A DNA stretch of 64,000 nucleotides, from positions 62,001 through 126,000 of the IMG/VR virus record IMGVR_UViG_3300004151_000006; one strand, given 5' to 3'. Under the pieces are notes generated by a model. The model searched no databases, had not been told where the DNA came from, and saw nothing but the letters and a program-made list of their open reading frames with translations. Positions within the stretch are counted from its first letter, which is position 1; the number at the start of each line of letters is the position of its first letter. A program made the translations under genes and the position numbers. Below, piece by piece: positions 10,941 to 21,170 of the stretch.

Positions 10941-11528
10941 ATGTTTGATGCACATTGTGTTGTAGTGGATCCACTACAATCTCCATTTCCTAAATTATTG
11001 TATCATGATACATCTATTGAATGTTTGATCTTTTGTACCAATGATTGTTCATTCATGGGATATGATCATACACACTTACCTTTTTTATTTGGTAAAGATT
11101 TATTGTGTCGATATGATGTTAAATTTGTATTGAATAATGGTTCTAGTCATTCCATTGAGTTGGATAAATTATATAAATATTGTACTGGTGAATTATTGTC
11201 CAATAAACTATCTGGGGATTCTAGATTAGCCATAGTCAATAGTGATAATTCACTTACTATGATTAATTGTGCTATAGATCCAAGGGAAGTATTTTTTGAA
11301 CTTTGTGCTAATGAAGAATATCATTTGAAAATCATTGATTTCTTAGATGAAAGGTTATATAAAGGGGTTACTTTTTATATGAAGCATGAATTCCAATTGG
11401 TTGAATATATATGTAATACAAAAGGTAATCATAAATCTATCCACACTATTGCTGCATTTCCTAAGATGGGATATCAACAATTTCATATGTTTGATCAATA
11501 TCTCAACAAAGAAGGAGAAAGCTCATGA
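10941..11528 (+). CDS. hypothetical protein (tandem paralogue 1 of 3)
   Basis: AAGGAGG RBS; EFQLVEYI motif shared with the next two genes. Confidence 0.65.
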   Translation: MFDAHCVVVDPLQSPFPKLLYHDTSIECLIFCTNDCSFMGYDHTHLPFLFGKDLLCRYDVKFVLNNGSSHSIELDKLYKYCTGELLSNKLSGDSRLAIVNSDNSLTMINCAIDPREVFFELCANEEYHLKIIDFLDERLYKGVTFYMKHEFQLVEYICNTKGNHKSIHTIAAFPKMGYQQFHMFDQYLNKEGESS

Positions 11529-12040
11529 TAGATCAAAACACACCGTTATATGTGGTGGATATGGTCCAAGATCTCTATGTCAAATTGGATATGGTAGATC
11601 GTGAAAGATTGTTTATACCACTCAGTATCACTCAAGTATATCGTTCATATAACGTATTGTTTAAGCTCGATAAAGATAATTTCAATATATCATTCAATAT
11701 GTTTATTGAGAGATATTGTCCACCATTATATCAAATCTTACGTCAGGATAAATATAAGAATAGTTTCACTATTGAACAAATGTGTCAGCCTTTATTTATA
11801 TCCCCATTGAATGAAATATTCTTAAATAATTTACAACAAATACATCCGGTGCATGGATTTCAATTACGTGAGTTTGATGAATTTACTGTAATGGAATACA
11901 TCTACAATTATGATCTTAGTTATTTTCATTGTAAAGAAATTTGTAAGATACCAACTCCTGAGATAGTCAGTATCATGAAAAGTAAACATAAACTTTTCTT
12001 AGAGTCTTTGAAGATCAGATCTATCACTCCATGGTGCTAG
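11525..12040 (+). CDS. hypothetical protein (tandem paralogue 2 of 3)
   Basis: EFTVMEYIY..KEI motif. Confidence 0.7.
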   Translation: MIDQNTPLYVVDMVQDLYVKLDMVDRERLFIPLSITQVYRSYNVLFKLDKDNFNISFNMFIERYCPPLYQILRQDKYKNSFTIEQMCQPLFISPLNEIFLNNLQQIHPVHGFQLREFDEFTVMEYIYNYDLSYFHCKEICKIPTPEIVSIMKSKHKLFLESLKIRSITPWC

Positions 12041-12547
12041 ATGTATCATGATCCAGCATTTAGGACTGATGTCAAAATCATTGAGATGAATAAAGGGCTG
12101 CCATATTGGGAACAGAGTCCGAGCACGATGAACTATCATGTACCAAGTAATATCAATAAATTATATCGAATGTATTGTATGGAATTCTATTTTCCCAATG
12201 GATATTGTGTCATTGAACCATTGGAAGACTTCATTAGAATGGCATGTCCAACACTCATGAATATACTCTCTCAATATAGTGAAAATAGTTTCTATCCAAT
12301 TTTTAATATTTGTATGCTGATGACATCTATTGAACATGTAGAAGAATTTAAACATCAATTAAAAGAAAGATATCTTTCGATTGACGAAGTAATAAAATTC
12401 ACGGTAATGGAATATATTTATGTTGAAGATATGAAATATATATGGAGTAAAGAGATCTATAGTTTTCCATACCCTTCAAAATTTGATATCATCAAACAGT
12501 TGCATAACAAGATCACTGCATGTGATCAGGAGGATCCCAGTGTCTGA
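12041..12547 (+). CDS. hypothetical protein (tandem paralogue 3 of 3)
   Basis: KFTVMEYIY..KEI motif. Confidence 0.7.
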   Translation: MYHDPAFRTDVKIIEMNKGLPYWEQSPSTMNYHVPSNINKLYRMYCMEFYFPNGYCVIEPLEDFIRMACPTLMNILSQYSENSFYPIFNICMLMTSIEHVEEFKHQLKERYLSIDEVIKFTVMEYIYVEDMKYIWSKEIYSFPYPSKFDIIKQLHNKITACDQEDPSV

Positions 12548-12791
12548 GATCACTATGGCTATCCCATCTATCCTGGCTAACAAGATGAAGCAACGCTATC
12601 GTAGTGATACCTGTACATTTCATGGTCCACAGGAGACACTCCCCAATGGTGTCCTTTGGATCCGTAAAGGTATCAAATATTTTCTTAAAGGTGATAATAC
12701 TGATATTGATAAACTGATCAGACAAGAACCCAATGTCATCCAAGCTATCACCAATACTATCAATCATGCAGAGGAGGATACCACATGTTGA
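12540..12791 (+). CDS. hypothetical protein
   Basis: GGAGG RBS, GTG start. Confidence 0.55.
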   Translation: MSEITMAIPSILANKMKQRYRSDTCTFHGPQETLPNGVLWIRKGIKYFLKGDNTDIDKLIRQEPNVIQAITNTINHAEEDTTC

Positions 12792-13303
12792 ACTGGATCA
12801 AAAGATTGTTTGGTATTAAAGCTAAAGTACAGTTCACTGATTGTCCACAGTATTGGGATTGTCAACATAAAGATTATAAAAGACGTTGTACTATCATGGC
12901 TACACCTGAGATGTGTCGTGAAATCAATAAAGATATGTTTCTGACTCCAAGTAAAAAGCTAAAGCCATATATACCAAATCATCGATCACATGGACCAACG
13001 ATGCGACCAGCCCCACCACCACCTCATGTAGTAGCTGAACAGATCTATGTGAGGGATGACGATGATACTGATTTAGAAGAAAGTGTAGCTGCTGGATTGG
13101 TATTGGGTGCTATGATCATGAGTGATACTCCAAGAACGGATGATATTACCCCTGGTGGTGGATCATTTGGTGGTGGTGGAAGTGGTAGTAGTTGGGATAA
13201 TAATAATGACAGCAGTAGTACTTCTTCTAGTGGAAGCAGTGATTCATGTTCCTCTGATAGTTCAAGTGATAGTGGTAGCTCTGATAGTGGAAGTAGTGAT
13301 TAA
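12785..13303 (+). CDS. protein with Cys cluster, one hydrophobic segment and Gly/Ser/Asp-rich tail
   Basis: GGGSFGGGGSGSSW...SSDSGSSD tail; GAGGAGG RBS. Confidence 0.7.
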   Translation: MLNWIKRLFGIKAKVQFTDCPQYWDCQHKDYKRRCTIMATPEMCREINKDMFLTPSKKLKPYIPNHRSHGPTMRPAPPPPHVVAEQIYVRDDDDTDLEESVAAGLVLGAMIMSDTPRTDDITPGGGSFGGGGSGSSWDNNNDSSSTSSSGSSDSCSSDSSSDSGSSDSGSSD

Positions 13304-13306
13304 ATC

Positions 13307-13891
13307 ATGAATCTTCAACTTAGATTATCTAAAAAATGTGATTATTATAGTGGATGTGGTGGTTATCCATATTCATGGAAAGATACACTTCAAGATATCA
13401 AATTAGCATTTGGGATGTTCTTTATACGTTTGGGTGGTGATGATTTTATTAGGACATCTATTCATTATAAATACAACTTGATAGATAAAGAGCAATTTGT
13501 AATTAATGGTGTGTCTCGTTTTAGAATCTCAAGTAGCCCCGATTCTGTTTTTTACTTATTGTATGGGCATGTTGGTAGAATTGAAGATCACAATCATTGT
13601 GCTACTTTTATATTATTTGAAAATAATATAAAAACTGGTGTGGTGTTACATTTTTGTACTAAAGATTTGTCTGGAAAAATATCCCAACTTCCAGACCTAC
13701 CAATACATGAAGATAAATCTACGTTTTATGATGTAGAACCAGAACCCCATTATGGTGGGCTTATACTCATATGTAGACAGAAATATGTTGGTATACCAAA
13801 AAATAAAGTATTTAAAAGTACTGTTAATTTAAAATTTGATGGAGAAAATTTCCAACTAGCCAATATTGTAAATGAAATGGTCCATTGGTGA
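13307..13891 (+). CDS. hypothetical protein
   Basis: 194 aa ORF. Confidence 0.6.
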   Translation: MNLQLRLSKKCDYYSGCGGYPYSWKDTLQDIKLAFGMFFIRLGGDDFIRTSIHYKYNLIDKEQFVINGVSRFRISSSPDSVFYLLYGHVGRIEDHNHCATFILFENNIKTGVVLHFCTKDLSGKISQLPDLPIHEDKSTFYDVEPEPHYGGLILICRQKYVGIPKNKVFKSTVNLKFDGENFQLANIVNEMVHW

Positions 13892-13928
13892 GTGTGATGG
13901 GGTGGGGATATCCCCACCCCATCACACT
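13891..13928. repeat. 38-bp perfect palindrome (no loop)
   Basis: AGTGTGATGGGGTGGGGAT|ATCCCCACCCCATCACACT. Confidence 0.95.
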
Positions 13929-13972
13929 TGATCAAAAAAGATAGTATAGAAGAAAGATATGGAGGAAAGCAT

Positions 13973-15325
13973 ATGTATGTGATAGATCGACTCTATAGAG
14001 TCAAAAACAAAGTCATCAAGATCCTTGATATCAGTGAATGCACTTTGATTGATGTAAAGTCTCAGATAGATCTTGATACTAGATTTTTTATAGCAGTGAG
14101 TGTGAAAGATGATCCATGTTATCATACTAGTATTGGTCTACCTGTGAATCTGATGTTACTAGAGACTCCTTTTAATAGTTGTATTACTTGGACAGAATTT
14201 GAAAATACATTGACTGAGATGTGGGTCATGTCTTATAAAGAGAAGATCCCTGGATTTATAGCTAATGCTGATTTTAGATCCGCTTTACGTGGGTATTATG
14301 TGTTTCAATATTACAATGAATTGGTAGATGTGGAGCTCAATACTACCACTGTAGAAAAGTTTACCATAGATTATTTTGATCATAGGGTCTGGGATAAAAG
14401 AAACATCCCATTGTTTAAAGGTGTGATGTATGATCTTTTGATCACTGGACCAGAGAGACTCAATCATAAAAATTGTGTGATCTGTTGTAATGGGCACATG
14501 CTACTTACTGATTATATTCGACCTATGGATGATCATGGTGAACAACTTTTAGTCAAGGATGGTGCTCGTCATCTTTGGAGTACTAATAAGAATTTTTATC
14601 CAGATGTGATTTGTTTTGATTTTAGTGGATTGGGTGATATAGCCCAATATCCACTTTCTACATTTAAAAATTATAATATTCATTATGATGGAAAAAGTGA
14701 TCTTTGTTTTAGATTCCCTGAATTAGACATGACACAATATACCCCTTTGGTAGTGATGGCTGGGAGTCTATTTTTTCCACATGAACTCACTAAATCCGGT
14801 GATAGTGTTTATTTTAATGTATCTAAATCTCGAGTAGGAGAGATGCTCCTTAAAAAGATCCATGATAAAGATGAATATATCTCAGGTACTATTGTACTGA
14901 CTTCAGATTTTACTCCATTAGAATATTTGACAAAAGTGATGTGGGAAGATACTTGTCATGATGCATTTATAATCCTGATTAAGAATAATGAAATTTATAT
15001 AGAAGAACATTTGGATTATCAATTTCCCATTAGTCAAAGTATTCAATCTCAAGTTGATATCCCAGGCATCTTACGTAAAAGGAGTACTGGATCAATTGAA
15101 GGATATGTTGATAGTAAGTATTATACTTGTCATTTACTTTATCTCAATAAGGAAAGCCCATTGTGGAAGCTATCTGAATTAGATAATCAGGGTGTGGTGG
15201 GTGTACCTATTTGGCATTGTAAACACACTAATAGATTGTGGGCTGATAAATTTAATGCATCAGATGATGATAGTTTCACTACTCAACATATTTCTACATT
15301 TGATATGTTTAATTTGATTTCATAA
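13973..15325 (+). CDS. putative phiKZ-like virion protein
   Basis: GGAGG RBS at 13961, ~450 aa, flanked by inverted repeats; function assignment weak. Confidence 0.45.
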   Translation: MYVIDRLYRVKNKVIKILDISECTLIDVKSQIDLDTRFFIAVSVKDDPCYHTSIGLPVNLMLLETPFNSCITWTEFENTLTEMWVMSYKEKIPGFIANADFRSALRGYYVFQYYNELVDVELNTTTVEKFTIDYFDHRVWDKRNIPLFKGVMYDLLITGPERLNHKNCVICCNGHMLLTDYIRPMDDHGEQLLVKDGARHLWSTNKNFYPDVICFDFSGLGDIAQYPLSTFKNYNIHYDGKSDLCFRFPELDMTQYTPLVVMAGSLFFPHELTKSGDSVYFNVSKSRVGEMLLKKIHDKDEYISGTIVLTSDFTPLEYLTKVMWEDTCHDAFIILIKNNEIYIEEHLDYQFPISQSIQSQVDIPGILRKRSTGSIEGYVDSKYYTCHLLYLNKESPLWKLSELDNQGVVGVPIWHCKHTNRLWADKFNASDDDSFTTQHISTFDMFNLIS

Positions 15326-15330
15326 ACACA

Positions 15331-15359
15331 TGGGATGAGGGCTCAAGGCCCTCATCCCA
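15331..15359. repeat. 12-bp stem inverted repeat abutting the next RBS
   Basis: TGGGATGAGGGC-TCAAG-GCCCTCATCCCA then AAAGGAG. Confidence 0.85.
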
Positions 15360-15371
15360 AAAGGAGAAAGT

Positions 15372-16190
15372 ATGGAGGAATCCAAAATAATTGATATGAT
15401 TAAATACTATCACAGTGTTGATGATTTATTTAAAATTGATTCAGTTAAATTGGAGATTGCATTTATTTTTATAAATGAATATCGTGGAATACAGCATAAG
15501 TTGGATGAAAAAGGACTTGAAATTATTAATAAATTAGAAGAAGATCCAATTTATAAACAACATTTTGTATTCATTTTGTGTTCTTACATATATGAACTTA
15601 CTGATGGACCGATATATTCAATATTTAATTGCAATACCATATATCAGAATGAAAAACTTTGGTTTAGACAAAACGTTAATTGGTGTATAGATCTTTTTAA
15701 TAGAATTGATTCAATGGTTGTATCAAACTCTAAAATAAACTACTTTATAAGTTTTGATCATTTTTGTAATTATTATGATGTTAATAATAATATTAACAAT
15801 AAATTATATATTAAATCGCTTTATGATAAGATTCATAAATCTAAAATATATTGGTATTTTGATGATGATATAAAACATAATGTTGAATTGTTTAAACATT
15901 ACATTAGACGATATAAAGAAAACCAATTATTAGAACAATTGCAGGATCCTAAATATGTATATTCTCAAAATACTGAACTTGCAGATTGGATCATTGAAGA
16001 GATTGAAGAGATGAAAAAATGTGTGAATGATCCTTTCATGGATAATATCAGATTTGCCAGATGCGCTTCTACGAGTCAAATGAAACGTTATTATGAACAA
16101 AAATCAAGAGGATGCTGTGGGTTTTATGATGGTATTGTAGTTCATCCGAAATTTGGTAAATATAAGATTGGTTGTAATTACGGGCATTGA
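15372..16190 (+). CDS. hypothetical protein
   Basis: 272 aa; C-terminal DNIRFA...GCCGFYD...IGCNYGH segment. Confidence 0.7.
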   Translation: MEESKIIDMIKYYHSVDDLFKIDSVKLEIAFIFINEYRGIQHKLDEKGLEIINKLEEDPIYKQHFVFILCSYIYELTDGPIYSIFNCNTIYQNEKLWFRQNVNWCIDLFNRIDSMVVSNSKINYFISFDHFCNYYDVNNNINNKLYIKSLYDKIHKSKIYWYFDDDIKHNVELFKHYIRRYKENQLLEQLQDPKYVYSQNTELADWIIEEIEEMKKCVNDPFMDNIRFARCASTSQMKRYYEQKSRGCCGFYDGIVVHPKFGKYKIGCNYGH

Positions 16191-16217
16191 CATTAACCTT
16201 AAACCCAAGAGGACATT

Positions 16218-16559
16218 ATGGAACATGTTATTTATACTCAAAACACTAGATTAATGGATGTATTAGAAAAAGTAGAATCTGCTGTTTTTGAATATGCTAG
16301 GATTAAGCTTGTAGCTTCATTTGATATTTTATTGAAAAATATAACTACTAGAAGATATGTTTATCCAGATGCTCACATCATGAATATATTGTTTGTGAAA
16401 AATGAAGATGGTGATATTAATGAGTTTTTAACTAATTTGCGTAAAGTGTGGAAAAAACTCCCAGAGCACACACATCTTTATTATTTTGAGAAGATTGAAA
16501 ATAAGTATATATTGATCTCTAAACATAAAGTAAATCTTTATTCTGATTGTATCCAATAA
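16218..16559 (+). CDS. hypothetical protein
   Basis: GAGG RBS, 113 aa. Confidence 0.6.
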   Translation: MEHVIYTQNTRLMDVLEKVESAVFEYARIKLVASFDILLKNITTRRYVYPDAHIMNILFVKNEDGDINEFLTNLRKVWKKLPEHTHLYYFEKIENKYILISKHKVNLYSDCIQ

Positions 16560-16574
16560 AATCATACATAGTTT

Positions 16575-16595
16575 AAATATATATTACATACTTGA
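16575..16595 (+). promoter_or_regulatory. phiKZ-type early promoter
   Basis: AAATATATATTACATACTTGA. Confidence 0.7.
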
Positions 16596-16622
16596 TACTA
16601 TCCAAAATAAGGAGGATTACCA

Positions 16623-18674
16623 ATGGCTGAATTCATCAAATTCAAAACTGCTGTAGCTAAACAATTTAAACTGATGTGTGAAAGTAATATATTGTATCGG
16701 GTAGATGTAAGTAAAGATGAATTGTGGGAAACTTATTTGGAATCTTATCCTGAAGAAACTAATCAAATTTATAAAGTGCGTAGAGAATATGATTGTAATT
16801 ATTGTAAGCGATTTATTCGTACAATTGGTGATGTGGTGATCATTACTCCTGATAATAAGTTGATGTCTATCTGGGATATCGATGTGGATGTACCCCATTT
16901 TCAATTGGTAGCTGATAAGATGTCTGAGTTGGTAAAGTCAAAACCTATTTATAGTAAATTCATGCATATTGAACGTGTGGCTGGTGTAGATAAGAATTTC
17001 TATGAAATCATCAATCCTGATGAAAGTAAAAGTACTGGTACATATGAACACTTCTTTGTAAATATCCCTGACATTTATGTTGCATCTGAAACTACTATCA
17101 ATGAAATTACTAATATGGTACGTACTGGTCAACAAGTATTTAAGCGTGCGTTGGATACTATCAACATTGAAGCTTTGGATGTAGTATTGGAACTCATTGA
17201 TCAAAATACTTTAGAACGTGGTGAAGAATTCAAAGCTATCGTTGAACGATTCAAAGATTTAAAGATCGAATATGAAAAATTAACCAATGAAGAAGAAAAA
17301 GAATTGTGGGCATGGAATACAAGTGTTAATACAGCCAATGGTCTTGTACATATTCGAAATCATGCTATTGGTACATTACTCATTGATTTATCTGAAGATA
17401 CTGAATTGGATGAAGCAGTACGTAAGTTTGAATCGGTGATGGCACCTGAGAATTATAAACGTACCAAATCTGTTGTTACAAAGAGTATGATTGATAAAGC
17501 CAAAAAGACTATCACTGAACTTGGATATACTTCTGCTTTGGAACGTAGACCAGCCACTATCAATGATATCACTGTCAACAATATCTTGTTCGTAGATAGA
17601 AACATTACGCCAAAACTCAATGGTGATGTATTTGATATGCTTGCTAAGACTACTAAGGAAAAGAAACAGTCTTTTGATAAAGTAGAAGATGTGACCATCG
17701 ATACATTTGTAAAAGATATTTTACCCAATATCAGTACATTGGAGATGATGGTGGAAAATAAACATAGCAATAATTTCATGACACTCTTGACAGCTAAAGA
17801 TCCCACTGCTAAATATATGTTTAAATGGGATAATCCTTTCTCTTGGTCATATCGTGGTGAGACAGCAGATGCTATCAAAGAACGTGTAAAGGCTGCAGGT
17901 GGTAGTGTGACTGGTGATCTGTGTATCAGATTGGCATGGGATAATGAAGATGATTATGATCTCCATGTACGTGAACCTAATGGATATGAGATCTTCTTTA
18001 TAAATAAAGGACGTATGTCTCCAAATGGTGGTATGTTGGATGTGGATAAAAATGCTCAAGGATATACTCTTACAACTACACCTGTGGAAAATGTCATCTA
18101 TACTAATCGTAGAAACATGCAAGAAGGTATCTATCTAGTATATGTACATAACTATTGTCAGCGTCGTAATGTGGATTATGGGTTTGAATTGGATATAGAT
18201 TATCTTGGTAGTGTGACAAAATTTAGTTGGGATAAGCTGTTTAAAACTAATGAACGAGTCAATGTGGTAGCATTTAAATATACATATGAAACTGGAATTG
18301 AAATTATGGATTCTATCCCAGCTAGTGATATGTCTAAGATCATTTGGAATATACCCACACATAAATTTGTAAAAGTGAAAACTATGATGTACTCACCTAA
18401 CTATTGGGATGATCATGGTGTTGGTAATAAGCATTATTTCTTTGTACTCAATGATTGTAAATGTGATGAAGCTGTCCGTGGTTTTTATAATGAATTCTTG
18501 AAAGAAGAACTTCATCTTCATCGTAAAGTGTTTGAAGTGTTGGGTGATAAACTCAAGATGGGTGTTGAAGATAATAGCACTCTTTGTGGTGTTGGATTTT
18601 CTAGTACACTTAGAAATGAAATTGTGTGCCGTGTGACTGGGGCATTCACTCGAGTCCTTCGAGTGAAGTTTTAA
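16623..18674 (+). CDS. conserved large-phage protein with YfaP/DUF2135-like domain
   Basis: CNYC motif; LAWDNEDDYDLHVREPNG...LDVDKN...VENV segment; AAGGAGG RBS. Confidence 0.6.
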   Translation: MAEFIKFKTAVAKQFKLMCESNILYRVDVSKDELWETYLESYPEETNQIYKVRREYDCNYCKRFIRTIGDVVIITPDNKLMSIWDIDVDVPHFQLVADKMSELVKSKPIYSKFMHIERVAGVDKNFYEIINPDESKSTGTYEHFFVNIPDIYVASETTINEITNMVRTGQQVFKRALDTINIEALDVVLELIDQNTLERGEEFKAIVERFKDLKIEYEKLTNEEEKELWAWNTSVNTANGLVHIRNHAIGTLLIDLSEDTELDEAVRKFESVMAPENYKRTKSVVTKSMIDKAKKTITELGYTSALERRPATINDITVNNILFVDRNITPKLNGDVFDMLAKTTKEKKQSFDKVEDVTIDTFVKDILPNISTLEMMVENKHSNNFMTLLTAKDPTAKYMFKWDNPFSWSYRGETADAIKERVKAAGGSVTGDLCIRLAWDNEDDYDLHVREPNGYEIFFINKGRMSPNGGMLDVDKNAQGYTLTTTPVENVIYTNRRNMQEGIYLVYVHNYCQRRNVDYGFELDIDYLGSVTKFSWDKLFKTNERVNVVAFKYTYETGIEIMDSIPASDMSKIIWNIPTHKFVKVKTMMYSPNYWDDHGVGNKHYFFVLNDCKCDEAVRGFYNEFLKEELHLHRKVFEVLGDKLKMGVEDNSTLCGVGFSSTLRNEIVCRVTGAFTRVLRVKF

Positions 18675-18703
18675 CTTAATCTTTTACTTGGAGGATACTC
18701 CCA

Positions 18704-19138
18704 ATGGCTATGATCACTGACAACATCTTCGAAAGCGCTACCCGTCTTGGCCTGACTTTCTCCACTTCTGTGGGTGAACTCATCGTCACTGATATTTGGC
18801 AGCTGCCTCTTCAGGGTAGCCGTTGTAACTTGGATGCACTGCTGGTGGATCTCCATAGTCAGCTCAAGAAGGATGAAGAGACTATCACCACCTTCATCCC
18901 GGAAAAGCAGCAGATCACTACTGCTCCTACGGCTGACCAGTTGAACAAGCTGCGCTTTGATGTGGTGAAGCATATCTTCGACGTCAAGTTGAAAGAAGCC
19001 AATGATGCCAAAGAGCTGCAACGCAAGCGTACCCTCAAGCAGGATCTCCTGGCTATCAAGGCCCAGCGTGAAAAGGACAACCTGGCCTCCAAGTCCGATG
19101 AGGACATCGATGCCCTCATCGCTGGGCTCGATGCTTAG
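18704..19138 (+). CDS. conserved phage coiled-coil protein
   Basis: FESATRLGLTFSTSVGELIVTDIWQLPL N-terminus; high-GC3 codons; GGAGG RBS. Confidence 0.7.
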   Translation: MAMITDNIFESATRLGLTFSTSVGELIVTDIWQLPLQGSRCNLDALLVDLHSQLKKDEETITTFIPEKQQITTAPTADQLNKLRFDVVKHIFDVKLKEANDAKELQRKRTLKQDLLAIKAQREKDNLASKSDEDIDALIAGLDA

Positions 19139-19159
19139 GTCTTAAGACCATCAAACTAG

Positions 19160-19195
19160 GATAGGTGTGGGTGGGATATCCCACCCACACCTATC
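19160..19195. repeat. 36-bp perfect palindrome (no loop)
   Basis: GATAGGTGTGGGTGGGAT|ATCCCACCCACACCTATC. Confidence 0.95.
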
Positions 19196-19208
19196 TAAAA
19201 AGAATAAT

Positions 19209-19607
19209 ATGCTTATTAAATCTCCACAGTTCGAAATCGATATCTCAAATAATTATATGATGTATTTCACTAAATTATCAGTATCAATACAATCAATGGT
19301 TAAATATATGAATGATATAGCTAAGACTTCAGATAATATTCATTATCGCTTAATTAAACAAAATGTACATGAAAAATATGATCCTGGTGTATCTCACATG
19401 TGGACTTATTACGATCATGAATTTAATACACTCATTGGTATAAAGTTATTTAAAGATGGTATGATACAGTGTCATTGTACTAATGGCAAAGAGCATTCAT
19501 TTCACGAATGCTCTTCTTTAGCTGGACGTAGGACTATGTTAATCACTATAAATGATTTTTATTTTTGGTTTATATCTGGATTTATTAAAAAAGGGAGAAA
19601 CCCATGA
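19209..19607 (+). CDS. hypothetical protein
   Basis: Start revised to lie after the palindrome. Confidence 0.55.
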   Translation: MLIKSPQFEIDISNNYMMYFTKLSVSIQSMVKYMNDIAKTSDNIHYRLIKQNVHEKYDPGVSHMWTYYDHEFNTLIGIKLFKDGMIQCHCTNGKEHSFHECSSLAGRRTMLITINDFYFWFISGFIKKGRNP

Positions 19608-20269
19608 ATAAATTGGACCTGACTCAATATGTGGAATCAGCATCATTTGATCGGATGATACCAGCTTTCACCATTAAAGGTACATGTAGTGTAGCTATTA
19701 ATAGTGACACTAATAATTCTAGGGAACTTGCAGAACAATATACTGAGTATTGTCTACGTGTTTGTAAATCATTCCATAAAATAAAGATAAATAATGCACC
19801 ACCTGAAATGAAATATTACTACGGACAGGAGATTATATCTCTTCCCAAAATGTTAAACAAAAGAGATCAGCAAGAACTCCATACTGTATTGAAATATCCA
19901 CTTGTGAGTTTCGGACTAGTATTAGAATCACCAACTCCACCAATATTTTCTCCGAATGGTAATACCCTTGTACCTGCTAGAATGAAAAGTGTACCATCTG
20001 GTGAAATATATCTAAGTTACGCTTTAGAAAATAAAACACATATTACCGAGGTTATATCTGATTGGATAGTTAAGCTTCAACATCCTGAAGAGTTTAAATC
20101 AGATGAAGATCCCATAGTAAGTTGGCACCATGATACTTATTCTACAAGTATGTTATTTATCGTGTACAATGAATTACCTACTTTGGAAAATATTAAAACA
20201 GTTATTCAAGATGTTTTAATCATAACTCGAATGTTTCCAATTATAACACCATATGAATCTTTAGTTTAA
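19604..20269 (+). CDS. hypothetical protein
   Basis: AGGGAG RBS, ATGA overlap. Confidence 0.65.
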   Translation: MNKLDLTQYVESASFDRMIPAFTIKGTCSVAINSDTNNSRELAEQYTEYCLRVCKSFHKIKINNAPPEMKYYYGQEIISLPKMLNKRDQQELHTVLKYPLVSFGLVLESPTPPIFSPNGNTLVPARMKSVPSGEIYLSYALENKTHITEVISDWIVKLQHPEEFKSDEDPIVSWHHDTYSTSMLFIVYNELPTLENIKTVIQDVLIITRMFPIITPYESLV

Positions 20270-20280
20270 AAGAGAATATC

Positions 20281-20739
20281 ATGCCAGAACAATCAACCAA
20301 ACTTGAAATCTTTAATAAATTGAAGATCCTTAAATATTATCAGGATGATGGGCATGGTAATAAAGAATTTGTACCAAAGACAATTGAGCTTGAAACTGGA
20401 GAAGTACTCAAATACAACCCAGTCGATTGTTCAGAAGAAGCTGATTTTGATGCAGCATTATTATTTATATATCAGTTGAATTTTGAATATTGCAGTTGTG
20501 CTAATATAGAAGCTGAATTAAGAACTATCTACAGATGTTTAAAGCATGCAATGAATGGTGATATGGAACTTTATTGGGGTGAAGAAGAATCAAAACATTA
20601 TGGTGAACGGATGTTTATTATTAAGACTTTAGATAAATTGGAATTATTGGAGCATGGTACTAGTGTACATTTTTCTTGGCTTACTGATAAAGGTAAAGAT
20701 TTATTTCATGATCTTGATCTCATCTTTACATATGGGTGA
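20281..20739 (+). CDS. hypothetical protein
   Basis: LLEHGTSV..SWLTDKG, wHTH-like C-terminus. Confidence 0.65.
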   Translation: MPEQSTKLEIFNKLKILKYYQDDGHGNKEFVPKTIELETGEVLKYNPVDCSEEADFDAALLFIYQLNFEYCSCANIEAELRTIYRCLKHAMNGDMELYWGEEESKHYGERMFIIKTLDKLELLEHGTSVHFSWLTDKGKDLFHDLDLIFTYG

Positions 20740-20901
20740 TGATGGTACATTCACGATGTATATTGATGCAGTGGCTGAGACCTATGCAGTGAGTTCCACT
20801 TCTAAAGAACGTATCCCTTGGGGAAATAAATCTATAGTAGAGATGTTTGCTGATGTAAGAAAAAGATCTATCATATAGATTTTCTATCCTTAGGAGGAGT
20901 A

Positions 20902-21093
20902 ATGATCAAGCTTATTCAATTAATTTGTGTTTCAATCATTGTGATGAGTATCATTGGTGTACTTGCTTGGTTTAGTACTATTGTTTTGATTGGTGTCGGT
21001 GTATTGATCACATGTGGTATTTTGTGGATGACTGTGATCGAACCAATCATTTATAAATTTAAGAGAAAGAAATATCTGACAAAACTTTGGTGA
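20902..21093 (+). CDS. small membrane protein
   Basis: AGGAGG RBS, long hydrophobic stretch, basic tail. Confidence 0.65.
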   Translation: MIKLIQLICVSIIVMSIIGVLAWFSTIVLIGVGVLITCGILWMTVIEPIIYKFKRKKYLTKLW

Positions 21094-21095
21094 TG

Positions 21096-21127
21096 ATGGA
21101 TGGATCCCCTGTAGGGGATCCATCCAT
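21096..21127. repeat. 15-bp stem/2-nt loop inverted repeat
   Basis: ATGGATGGATCCCCT-GT-AGGGGATCCATCCAT. Confidence 0.9.
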
Positions 21128-21170
21128 GTATAACATAAAGTCATTCATTTTTAAAACCTGAAAAGATAAT

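Noticed and set aside
13150-13303. AGT/GGT-rich low-complexity DNA as a repeat element
   Set aside because: Explained by the Gly/Ser/Asp-rich protein tail
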